Source of the DNA: Podarcis pityusensis
Taxonomy: Eukaryota
NCBI GenBank assembly: GCA_964106645.2
Contig: OZ067040.1
Strand: one strand, 5' to 3'
DNA length: 64,000 bases
Of this stretch, positions 1 to 11,329 are shown piece after piece. The translations under genes and the position numbers were made by a program. Position 1 is the first letter of the stretch. Each line of letters begins with the position of its first letter. The notes beneath the pieces were generated by a model, which was given only the letters and a program-made list of their open reading frames with translations, was not told the DNA's origin and searched no databases.

Positions 1-657
1 GAGGAGGGAATAACAGTCCTCCTCCAGATGATCTCTGCGATTGAGCTGATCTATAAGGGTTCAGGCAGTCCCCAAGGTCTCCTGGACCCAAATGGTTCAG
101 TGCACAAGATACACAACTTATGCCACCCATGCCTGACCTAAATCATTCCTCTAAAGCTACATGTTGCACTAGAGGGGATACTATGCAGAGAGTTGGAAGG
201 TAAAATTGTATCTTATCCAGTTTGTCCATGTTTTATTGTACAGTATACTGTATCACTAGGTTCAGAGAAACCTCACACTCTTATCTGCAAGATCTAGGCT
301 TTGCAGCAACTACAAAGACCTCTTCCTTGCCAAAGAAATTTTAAGACAACAAGGTTGGAAAAGCAAACGGAAGCCTTATTGCTAATTTAGTCATGATTTG
401 TTTATTTATAAATATTTATATACCACTGTATCATAAAAATATATGATGCTTACAAGAATATGAAAACATAAAACCAAACAATAACATAACGTAAGTTAAA
501 AATAAGTTTAAAGCAAAAAGAAATTAAAAACAAACATGAATAGACCATTGTGGGGGATGAGCTCTTAATTGCCTACATAGGCCTGGCAGCACAGAAAAGT
601 TTTCAGCAAGCTTTAAAAGCTGGCACAGAAGGCGACCGCTGATTCTTTGAATTGCCA

Positions 658-670
658 GTTGCTAAGCATC
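658..670. promoter_or_regulatory. RFX X-box-like motif, candidate SPATA45 promoter
   Basis: GTTGCTAAGCATC is one mismatch from the palindrome GTTGCTnAGCAAC; candidate donor G|GTATGT at 773. Confidence 0.35.
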
Positions 671-1247
671 TACGGAACTTCCTGAAGTTCTAAACAGTCC
701 CTGTTTGTCCATCAGGAGATCTAAGTTGGCAGTCCCACGCAATAATCTCTTAGGAAATCAGAGCACGGCAGGGTATGTGTTGCTTAAAGGTTGAGCTGGT
801 ATAGGAGGCCTCCACCTCTAGTTCCACCATATTGGGAAGAATATAGGAGTACTTTCTGGCAAGACACGTAATCTAAGAAGCAACGACCTAATCAAGATTG
901 GCATGCTGACCGTGGTTTGCCAGAACAGCCCTCCCCGGTTTTGAACTACACTTCCCATCATTCTTGGCTGCTGTCTTTGCTGGCAGGACTGATGGGAAAT
1001 GCAGTCCAAAACATCTGGAGGGCACCAGCTTGGGAAAGGCTGTTCTGGAGACCTAAGCTGCATCCAAATTATCATTTCTATCACAAATCAGCTATAAATC
1101 AAATGGTGCTTCGAACAAGGAGCATTTCCAGCACCCCTTCATGAGTTGGATGGCCAAGAACCTTTTTTTTTAGAGAGTTCATTTCTAGCCTACTTCACAA
1201 CTTAGATACATCATCTGCAAGAATTATTTATCCCTGTCATATTAGAT

Positions 1248-1691
1248 CTGTGTTTCCCAAAGTGGGTGATGCCGCCCCCTGGGGGGGTGTTAGAATGATC
1301 CAGGGGGGCAGTTGGTAGCCTCAGGTGCAATTGGGGGGCATTGAATAAAAATAAGAGGGCAGAGGAAGCATAAATAAGAGAATTTAAAAAAAAAAAAAGT
1401 TTGTTGTGTAATAATGCTTACTACCAGGTCGGGCACTGTTGCGGGATGGCAACAATGCCTCCCCTGGATCTTGTGGTTCTGGTGCAGGTGAGGGGTTTTC
1501 CTGGGCTTGGGTGAACCCTTTTCAGCTTCCCAGGCCTGGGAAGTAGATCACAGCTTGCCTATTTGGCCAATGGCAGGCTGGCTGTGGCACCAGCCCTGCC
1601 CCTGGGGCAGATCAGACTGAGTTGGGGGGTGCTAAATATATATTTTTTCTGAAAAGGTGGGAGGTAGGCCAAACAAGTTTGGGAACCTCTG
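1248..1691. mobile_element. Non-autonomous hAT (Charlie-like) DNA transposon
   Basis: TIR C(A/T)GTGTTTCCCAAA ... TTTGGGAACCTCTG; 8-bp TSD TATTAGAT. Confidence 0.8.
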
Positions 1692-2282
1692 TATTAGATG
1701 ATGGATTTAACCCAAAGGTAGCCAACAGGGTGCCCTACAGATGTTGTGGACTACAACTCCCATTGTCCCTGATCACTGGCTAGGCTGTCTGGCCCTTGGG
1801 AGTCTCCCCAGGCCCCTTCCACAAGCGCACTCTCCTTTAATGTTTTTGCCTGGCTGATATGGGACCTTAAACTCAGATAATGCCTCTTGCTTGCTTGAAC
1901 GGAAGACAGAGAGGGGTGTGGGAGTATCATCGCTCCAACCACTTTTTGCCTCTGGTCCCACCCACCTCTAGCATGCGGCCCTCAGAAGGTTCACACAGGG
2001 GAAGGTGGCCCCTGGACACGAGTTTTAAAGCATCCTTATTATTTGATCCCAGAAATAGTAGTACTGATCAGCATGGGGGCAGAGGAAAAGAGCCAATTGT
2101 ACCATCTTCTGTTGCACAACTGTATCTTAGGTTTCATTCCTATAGCAACTGAGCAGGGCTAAGGTGTCCTGCTTTCACATGGACTAAAAGCATTTGAAGT
2201 TACTGAGGCTTGCTTATATTTTTGCTCTGCTTTTAAAAGCAGGACTTCATCTCGGGATAAAGAGAAGTTCCAATTGACCAAA

Positions 2283-2523
2283 ATGGCCGAAGATGAGAAA
2301 AAGCTCTTGATTGAATATAACAAGTTGAGGGACCCTGGATGCTGGTTGGAAGGAAAGTCCGAAACGGCCTGGCTCAGGCCTCAGAGGAGACATTATCCCT
2401 TTTCTAACCGCAATTCGGCAGAGATTTTTAAAATAGTGAAGCATGAGTACATCAGTGACAGGGCCTCCTGGATAACAATAGGCCCTCCTGAAAATAAGGA
2501 AAAGAGGCATTTCCCGGAAAAAA
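2283..2523 (+). CDS. SPATA45: Spermatogenesis-associated protein 45, coding exon 1
   Basis: AAAATGG start. MAEDEKKLLIEYNKLRDPGCWLEGKSETAWLRPQRRHYP...DRASWI...EKRHFPEK resembles human SPATA45 as recalled (LLEEINKKRESNC...LRVQKRHFP...RSSWI...ERKHFPPK). Acceptor AG at 2241-2242, donor A|GTAAGC at 2524. Syntenic next to TATDN3. Confidence 0.88.
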
Positions 2524-2984
2524 GTAAGCTAATTTGTAATATATTGTGACACACAATATTGCCAATCTCCACAGCAGAGATTATAGGGAGTTCCAGGCAC
2601 TCTTTACCCCAGGTTTGTGTTTCCTTTTGGACAATGAGGAACAGCGGAGACGGAAGTGTCTTTATGATATATGGTTTATTTACACATCTATACAACCTGT
2701 ACCTATGATGAAGGGGCTTCCAGTGTTACAGTACAAGAGGGTTCTGTTTCTCCCTTGGATTCTATCTTGGATTCAAACTGTCAGCCCACATTGTGCCCTG
2801 ACTCCCACCTTTCTCCAGTTTGGCACCACTTGCAAACTGCAATTAACTTTCCTCCAGCTTACACCATGCCCACTGCAATCCTGAAACTCCCTCCCTGAAA
2901 CTCTGGTGTTGTCTTTGGCTAGCCATCCAGAACCTGGGGTGGAGATCCACCCATTTACTGGCTGGCACATAGTCTCTGCCCAGT

Positions 2985-3525
2985 GTACCTGAAGGAGCGT
3001 CTCCACCCCCATTGTTCAGCCCAAACACTGAGCTCCAGCTCCAAGGGCCTTCTGGCGGTTCCCTCACTGTGAGAAGAGAGGTTACAGGGAACCAGACAGA
3101 GGGCCTTCCTGGTAGTGGTGCCCGCCCTGTGGAATGCCCTCCCATCAGATGTGAAGGAAATAAGCAACTACCTGACTTTTAGAACACATCTGAAGGCAGC
3201 CCTGTTTAGGGAAGTTTTAATGTTTAATGTTTTATCATGTTTTTAATACGGTGGTACCTCGGTTTACGAACTTAATCCGTTCTGGAAGTCCATTCTTAAG
3301 CCAAAACGGTTCTTAAACTGAGGCACACTTTCCCTAATGAGGCCTCCCGCCGCCAGTGCCCTTTCACTGTTCGGATTCCATTCTTAGACCGAGGTAAAGT
3401 TCACAAGGTAAAGGCCCCCTGACAGTTAAGTCCAGTCGCGAACGACTCTGGGGTTGCGGTGCTCATCTCGCTTTACTGGCCGATGGAGCCGACGTTTGTC
3501 TGCAGACAGTTTTTCTGGGTCATGT
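2985..3525. mobile_element. Nested fragments: L2 LINE 3' part, then Tc1/pogo MITE left half, then Sauria SINE 3' part
   Basis: L2-type segment like 23060-23395; GTGGTACCTC TIR at ~3250; AAGGTAAAGG SINE tail from ~3406. Confidence 0.7.
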
Positions 3526-5429
3526 GTACAGGGTACAGGGATTAAAAGGTCTGTCACCAACACATAACAATATATTACATTGCAAGTAAATGTTAAACTG
3601 TAGGAATCTGTAATTCCACCCCTCTCTACGCATCAACTTTGGAGGAGTAAGGAGGGGCAGTTTCGCACAACAGTTTATCATGGATTAGGTGTGCACATGG
3701 ATGCAATTTTTCATAGCATCTGCATGGTGACGTCCTTGTCAAAATACCAGCCCATATTTCCCTCCTGTTTTAAGGGATTTTTATGTGATTGATATCATGT
3801 GCTTTGCAAAAATTTGTGTGCATGAGTTAGCCCCTTAGTTTGCAATGGGCCTACTGCTCACTCTCTGTCCATCCTGCCTCTTGTGTTCTTAACTCCCATC
3901 TCTTCTGTTCCATTCTCCTTTACCCAGCATGACATTTTCTTCTGCCTGAAAAGTATGGCATTATCTTTCTTTCTCCTGAGGTGCAATTCAGCTGCATTGC
4001 TTCCCTATGTTGTAGAGTTATGCTTGCCTCACTCCCCCAAAGTGGTGAAAACTTTCAGGGGTACACACAGTGCTTACCTGGGTTTGGTTTCCTTTGGAAG
4101 AAGGGAGTAAATAGAATGACTATACAAACAGTGACAAAGAGGGGTTGGGGGCTGTTCAAGAAGTGTATTCCTCTGAGGGCATATTTCCCAAGCCCATCTG
4201 CCCACCCCCACTCCATGTGGAGACTGGTTATTATTGCTCAATAGTAAGCAAAAGACAATCAGCTAAGAGACATTCTTGTTTAGAATTGGTGGGCATATTT
4301 CATGACTGAGCTTTGCTAATGCAAACAGGTACTGGGGATTGATCACTGACTCAGCCACCAACTAATTCCTTGTAAAACAAAACAGAAAACTGATGTTGAG
4401 TACGGGCTGAAGCAGCAGAACAGGTGTTACATCATCACCACTGAATTTATTTTAGATGCTGCTTGCAAAACAATGAGGAGAAAGGCAACGCTTATTTATT
4501 TAGCTTTTTGCCTTATCTTGCCTGGCCCACAGTTCCGTGCATGATTAACTTTTAAGACTGGGAGAAAGGACACTCAAGTAGAGTTAAACAATTTGGTCTG
4601 AAAAATTCTCTCAAGGTTAGAGATAGATCCCTCTTGTCAGTTTTGCTTTCTAGTCTTTTGAAACTTACATTTGGTTCTCCAAATTTCTGCAGCAACTTCC
4701 ATGAACAAATAAATAAAATTATCCATGAAAATTCAGCAGCAATATAGTGCAATTTTCTCCCAATAAGCACATTTCTGTTTGCAGTTTTTACACATTTTTG
4801 CAAGCAACTTTTCCTAACTTTTTGTGTAATTTTTCACTTATATGCATTTTTATACACATTTTCACCTAATTCTTTTTTAAAATTAGTTGGAGAACTAGAT
4901 CACAACATTTATAGAAGTGTGAATTTTGAATCATAGTGGCCAGAGACTGCTGGGATAGGGCAGAATGTTGGTTCAGTTTGCATTTTCTGAAAAGCAGCTT
5001 ACCCTGGTCTCCCAGGTCCTAGACCAGCACTCTAACCACTACACCACAATGGCTCTTACCAGTACAGGTCACATCATGCTGGGAGCTTCCCACTTCAGAC
5101 AGTAGCTGTCCAGCTGTTTGACGGGTTGGGGAAGGTGGAGCTGGCAGGCTGCTCTCCCTCACATGTTGCTTTATTCCAATTCTTGAACATCTGTAGAGAG
5201 CTTGTTGATTTAGCTCAAAAGTTAGCCAAGATGGTGCCCTACAGATGTTGTGGACTAAAACTCCCATCATCCCTGATCATTGGCTATATTGACTGAGGCT
5301 GTTGGAGCACGTAGTCCACAACATCTAGACAGCACCACATCGGCTACTCTTGCTTTCACCAAATGGTTCTAAGAAAGTTGTCGGCTCCTACTGATTCTGT
5401 TTTATGCTTCTTTACTTTGTATCTTGCAG

Positions 5430-5449
5430 GCCATGCCATCTTTGGATGA
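5430..5449 (+). CDS. SPATA45: SPATA45 last coding exon (SHAIFG*)
   Basis: Pyrimidine tract plus TTGCAG acceptor. The phase-1 join gives S-H-A-I-F-G-TGA, matching the human C-terminus NNAIFG. Total 86 aa. Confidence 0.88.
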
Positions 5450-5503
5450 CGTGCTCCTCAAAGGCTGCTTCTCCTGGACATTGCTGGGCATTTCTCAGGA
5501 GCA

Positions 5504-5509
5504 AATAAA
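5504..5509 (+). terminator. Poly(A) signal AATAAA of SPATA45
   Basis: AATAAA about 55 nt after the stop, followed by GT-rich sequence. Confidence 0.6.
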
Positions 5510-5750
5510 CAATTATAATACTGTCTGTGTTTGAATTAAATTGGTTACCAAAAAATTAAATAGTTTGAAAATAAGTTATGTAAAATATGCCAGTAGGGTT
5601 TTTTTATTTTAAAAATTGTATCTATTTCCTTGGTCCAGACTAAGTGATTAAGAAATAAATTTAACACACTTGGCTTGTATCTAATGCACTATTTAAGAGA
5701 ACATTTTGTGTTTGTCGTTTCAGTAATCAAATAATTAAAGACAGTTTAAA

Positions 5751-6080
5751 AAAGGTAAAGGGACCCCTGACCATTAGGTCCAGTCATGACCAACTCTGGG
5801 GTTACGACGCTCATCTCGCTTTATTGGCCGAGGGAGCCGGCATACAACTTCCCAATCATGTGGCCAGCATGACTAAGCCGCTTCTGGCGAACCAGAGCAG
5901 CGCACAGAAACACCGTTTACCTTCCCGCCGGAGCGGTACCTATTTATCTACTTGCACTTTGACGTGCTTTCGAACTGCTAGGTTGGCAGGAGCAGGGACC
6001 GAGCAATGGGAGCTCACCCCATTGCAGGGATTCAAACCGCCGGCCTTCTGATCGGCAGGTCCTAGGCTCTGTGGTTTAAC
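5751..6080 (-). mobile_element. Sauria SINE
   Basis: Reverse complement of the 42280-42650 element; (ACCTTT) tail. Confidence 0.9.
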
Positions 6081-6326
6081 AGAGTTACATGACAGTTACA
6101 TAATATTAAAACATGGGACAACTGTAATACTTTATTCTTACTGCTCTCAAAATTGCAAGAAGGGAGCTGCAGTTCAGCAGAAGAACATCTGCTTTGCATG
6201 CAGAAGGCTCTGGGTTCAATCTCTGCCATCTCCAAGGAGGGCTAGGGAAGACCCCTTCTCAAAACCCCACAGAGCTGCTGCCAATCATTTTTGACAACCT
6301 GAGCTTGATGGACCATGGGTCTGACT

Positions 6327-6456
6327 CAGGCAACCTTCGGCCCTCCAGATGTTTTGGCCTACAACTCCCATGATCCCTAGCTAACAGGACCTGTGGTCAG
6401 GGATGATGGGAATTGTAGTCCAAAACATCTGGGGGCCTGAAGGTTGCCTATACCTG
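6327..6456. mobile_element. Palindromic hAT MITE (URR1-like) inside a tRNA-derived SINE (~6160-6485)
   Basis: Long inverted repeat with CTACAACTCCCA motif; 8-bp TSD GTCTGACT. Confidence 0.8.
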
Positions 6457-7020
6457 GTCTGACTTAATATAAGGAAGCTTCCTCAACAAAAAAAGTGCCA
6501 TACCTTAACTAAAATTGGACAGGGCTGCCAAGGACCAGATGACATTACCTTAGAGCAGACATGGCCCATGAGCTGCTGCTAGACAGATCTGCGTAAAAGG
6601 AAGCTGAACACATTTTATTCTGCCTTAACTGAGACAGCAGAGCAAAAAATATAAAAAAAAGGAATGAAAATGCAGCTTGGTCCCCAAAGTCAGCAGATGC
6701 CACTCTGAATAAAACAGAAGGTGCCCAGATCTGTTATGTAAGAAGATGTTATTTTTCCTATTATTGCTTTCCAGAGTAGATCAGCTGTGCACCATGGCAC
6801 CTCCAAAGGCTTTCACTGGAACCCCTGAGCAGGTGCCCAAGACATTGAGCTTTCATTGAGGGAGGGGGAAAGTACATCTCTAGCCTGCCTTGGAAGAAAG
6901 TTATGAGGCAAAACGTGCAGTTGCCTTCTGTCAGGAACTGGCTGGATGAGGAGGAGTGGTAGGAGCCTCCCGCCCAGGAGCTCCCCAGGGAGGACAGGGA
7001 AGATGAGGACTTAGACTCCA

Positions 7021-7471
7021 TGTCAGGAGTGCGTGCAGGAGCCAGGCCTTGTGACCAGTAGGACTTTGCAGGACTGGAGCCTTTCTAAGTTTGTTCTGAA
7101 GAGGCAAGGTGCGGCCACACAGGTGAGGCCGATTGGTAACTCACAGCACCTGGTGGCAAGAGCTGGGAAGGGTATAAGGTTAGCATTTCCCTTTGGCTCT
7201 TTGCCACAGCAACACGTTTCCTGCCTTGGGCTCTTGAACCCCTGACTTTGTGACTCCTTGCTTCTTGATCCTTGGACCCTTGACTTCATGACTCCTTGCT
7301 TCCTGACCCTCGGACCCTTGACTTCATGACTCCCGGCTCTCTGACCCTTGGACTCTTGGCTTCCTGACTCCTGGCTTCTGAACTCCTGTTCCTGCTCCCA
7401 CCCCGCCATCTTGTCCCTGGTCCTGACGTCGCCAGCCGGGACTTCGATCACCTGTGAACCGGACCATGACA
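7021..7471 (+). mobile_element. Solo LTR (Gypsy-like), nested in an older LTR-like element (~6929-7989)
   Basis: TGTCA...TGACA ends; TSD CTCCA/CTCTG (both derivable from CTCCG); TATAA at ~7174; internal tandem repeats at 7230-7385. Confidence 0.7.
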
Positions 7472-9049
7472 CTCTGTGGTCCTAGTGGTGGGACATCAGG
7501 GAGGAGACTGGGGGAGGGATGAGCTGGGAGGTGGTAGCAGCAGGAGGTTGGAGTGATCAGGGTGGTGGTGGTCAGAAGATGAAGGCCTTTCCAAGGCAAG
7601 GCTGGAGGCTGAGCATTTCAGTGTGAGCACAGACACAGGGAGGAATCGGAAGGTACACCTGCCATCGCGCAGCAGCGCAGTCTCAGTCCTCCTGCTCTCC
7701 TCCTCTCACAACCCGGCTCCAGGAGAGCCCTGCATGTTGCCAAGCAAAGGGCCAGACAGGCCCATCTCCACGTTGCAGTCACCATCTGTTGGGGAGATCT
7801 CCAGAATAAGAGGCTAGAGGGGAAAGGCAGGGCCAGAGGTCAGTTTTCCAACAATGTCTCAAGCTGAAGGAGTCGAGCCACAGAGGCCCCGCTGTGTTAC
7901 TTTCTGTGAATAGAAGTCAGTTGCATTTCAAGCCTCCAGCCTTTTCCTGACCTGCAGAAACCCAGCATTTCTCTGTCAGCCTCATGACACTAACTGGTTT
8001 CTGTGAAATGAGAGTGGGTGTCATGTGGCCGCTTTGTATATTTTTCCTGGTAGTGAGGAATGTTCCCTCCCTATTAAGACAGCAACAACATCTGTGCTTG
8101 TTTGTGTAAAATCAGTGTTGTGCAAATCTCTACAATCAGGACCTGGAGAATGTAGCTGACATATGGGGAGTGTAAAGTTGTTGAGGATGGCTGTCTATCT
8201 AATTTTGGGTTATGCCACATGCCTCCCTAGAGGAGTTATTTTGTGGCTGGTGCCCCCAGCACTCCCCCAAAATTCAAAATGTCCAAAAATGTTGGCACCC
8301 CCTGTTCTAAACACAGACCAACTCTTACTACTTTTCACCCCAGATGACGTTAAAATGCCTGGATCGGGGTGGCCAACTTAATTCCTCCAAGGTATTGTGG
8401 ACTACAACTCCCATCATCCCTGATCATTAGTTATGTTTGGCTTGATGGGAGTTGTAGTTCACAATAGCACCAGATATAAGGCTGCCCTAGATTATTCACT
8501 GATGTTACATTCACTTTAGACCCAGTCAAGCACCAGTGGTTAATGTAGTTTCCTTGTAAGCTGCTTTTCCATCGTGCCCAAAGCTGCTCAGAATAAACAT
8601 CAAGTAATTATCACAATAAAGCAATGCATTTAGAACAGCAATTCATTACATGTTAAGTTAAATATGATAAAATGATACTACTATACTTCATTATTTACTT
8701 ATATAACACTCAAACAGTAGGCTGCTAAGAGGTTTGCAAAAGACAACCTAAACTATTTATTAAAAAATACAGATAAAAGCAAACAAAAACAAGTTAGATA
8801 ACATTTGGTTACATAACAAGTTGTCATACATTTTGACATTTGAGATTATGTTTTTAGGACACACCTCATTTTCTTGGTTGCAAGTTGTTTAAAATTGTTT
8901 TTATATTGTCTTTTAATGCTGTAACTCACCCTGGGAACTTAGGATAAAGGGTGGGTAACAAACAAACAAACTTGTTAAAAAATATTTAAAAAACAAGTAA
9001 TTTATAAACCATTATACATGCCTGGGTAGGCTTGCTGAAATGTAACAGT

Positions 9050-9145
9050 GATGGCTCAGTTGGTTAGAGCATGGTGCCGATAACGCCAAGGTTGCAGGTT
9101 TGATCCCCGTATGGGACAGCTGAATATTCCTGCATTGCGGGGGTA
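9050..9145 (+). mobile_element. tRNA-Ile-derived SINE head
   Basis: GCTCAGTTGGTTAGAGCATGGTGCCGATAACGCCAAGGTTGCAGGTTTGATCCCCGTA followed by non-tRNA body TTCCTGCATTGC. Confidence 0.75.
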
Positions 9146-9642
9146 CCTTCCAACAATACAACGAAGGTACCTGCCTAATATCAATGGGCAAGGAGTTCCA
9201 AAGATTGGGCTGAAGGACCAATTTATTGCAAGTGGGGTACAAACACTTGTAAAAGTGCCAGTTCCACAGACCTAAGTGATCAGATGAGCACACATGGAGT
9301 TAAAATATATGCAATACAAAAGCAAGATCAAAATTAATAGAAAATAAAATTACATAGCTGGCTCAGCTCACGCATATCTAGTGCTGGTCTACTCTAAGGT
9401 GCCACAGCAGCCTGAGGTTGACATAGTTTGAGATCCTTGACTGGGCAAGGACAGAATTTTGTCAGTAGGTAAATGGTTTTGCTGACTCCCTCTTTTTTTT
9501 ACTACAAAGGAACACTGGCAGCAATATGGTGTCTGTAATAAATGTAAAATTAAGTGCACAGAGAGAGACAGAGGAGACATAAAGTATTGTTGTTAGCCGC
9601 CCTGAGCCCGGCTTTGGCTGGGGAGGGCGGGATATAAATAAA

Positions 9643-9645
<3 letters not shown>

Positions 9646-9684
<39 letters not shown>
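9646..9684. repeat. (TTA)n microsatellite at a LINE-like 3' tail
   Basis: Direct reading. Confidence 0.9.
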
Positions 9685-11160
9685 CTCAGCCAAACTGATT
9701 CAGTTTTGTGATACTTCTTGTCTCTGGCCAGTTGCAAGCGCAGACAGGCTTAGTTCAATGTTTACCACACAGATCTGCTTAAAATTCAGTAAGCTAAGTT
9801 AGTATGGTTACCAGGGTGGGCAGACCTCAGGTTTTTTGGATCTGCTTTGGGGTTTGTTTTTTCTAAACCTCCAAGATGTACCAGGTGCAAAAGGCATACA
9901 GGTAAAATGAAACAACAGAGTGGCTCTGAGCACGTTAAGAGTTTCAAGTTTACAGGATTCTTTGAGGGGGGAAATGTGTTACAGGCCTGCTGTGTTTGAG
10001 GCCTTTCTGCTTAGCCTACGGACTGCTGCCCTGACAGTACCACTGATTTCTGCTCCTGAAAACAAAACACATTTGATCTGAACTGAGAGGTGTGTGTGGA
10101 ACCCAGCCACAAGAAAATGTTGAGTTTTGTTAAAACAATGAAGTTCAGAGGTGCCAGCTGTCATTGCTTTTCTTGACAGAAGCCCCATTTATATCCTGCC
10201 AGAAAGCAATTTGGAGATCAAGTTGCTAGTTAAAGTTCCCTTTGTTTCTCTTAAAAGCTGGTCCAACAGAGTAACTTAGAATGGAGAAAGTTAATTCACA
10301 CACAGAGATTTTCCACTGAATAGGTGGTGTCAACGCTAGACAAATGCAGACTGTTATGTGGCTTAAAATGCAGTAATGTGGGATTTGATTCATATTTTGG
10401 AGTGATCATTGGAAACACTTGCGATGCTGCTGTTAATGTTCACCTCAGTTCTCAGAGCAATAAGATGGTCCAGGGGTGCTGCAGTTATTCCGGTTTGGTT
10501 TCCTTTGGAAGGAGTCACTGGAAATGTTTTTGGTGTTTAGCAGCATTGTGTTTATTTACAAAAACAAAGAGGACACTTGACAGACTTGTCCAGGGCTTCT
10601 AAACTGGTTTGACCATTTTAACAGTCCCTCTCTTTTGCAGATCCTCCTCTTACAATGATAAAATTATTGGGCTAGCAGGGATCCTGAGAAGACATTCAGC
10701 TCAACCCCAATCCTAAAACATTGGGTGAATTTCTAGAAAATTATCTGCTAGAGACTTGGTGATAGAGGTGAAGAATCCATGTTTGTATGAGAAAAGAATG
10801 TTTCCCTAAGAATGGGATGGCTTCAAAGTTTAGGAGATGTTGTTTCAGAGGGTTAATTTCATGGCATATCATCTCAACAAATATTTTTTTCTTGAAATTC
10901 ACAAAGACATTAAGGTAAAGAGATGGCATATGTGCCTTGATTAACCGCATGGCAGTTAAGCCAAAAATATCACAGTAGCAAAGAAATCAAAACATTCTTC
11001 ACTTGCAATAGTGATCAAATTATTATCATGCTTCTCATGTGTTGAACAGCAAGTTCCAGCCAAGGCAAGCAAAACCTTACTAGACCTCAAAGCCTTAAAA
11101 GACCTTTGTAACAGCTATGTTGAAGGTTCTGAAACAGGCAGAAATCCTTATAGCCAATTA

Positions 11161-11329
11161 CCGTATTTTTTGCACCATAACACTCACTTTTTTCCTCCTA
11201 AAAAGTAAGGGGAAATGTCTGTGCGTGTTATGGAGGGAATGCCTATGGGTGGCATGCCTACGGATTTTCCCCCTCTAAAAACTATGTGTGTGTTATGGTC
11301 GAGTGTGTGTTATAGAGCGAAAAATATGG
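11161..11329. mobile_element. Tc1/mariner-superfamily MITE
   Basis: TIR CCGTATTTTT...AAAAATATGG; TA flanks. Confidence 0.75.

Noticed and set aside
7023-7472. 149-aa minus-strand ORF with repeated SQESG/QG motifs
   Set aside because: It is the translation of tandem repeats inside a solo LTR.
9050-9120. tRNA-Ile-like and tRNA-Lys-like sequences (also 17985, 15540-15610, 24790-24840) as tRNA genes
   Set aside because: Degenerate acceptor stems and B boxes that run into SINE bodies or tails; these are SINE heads.
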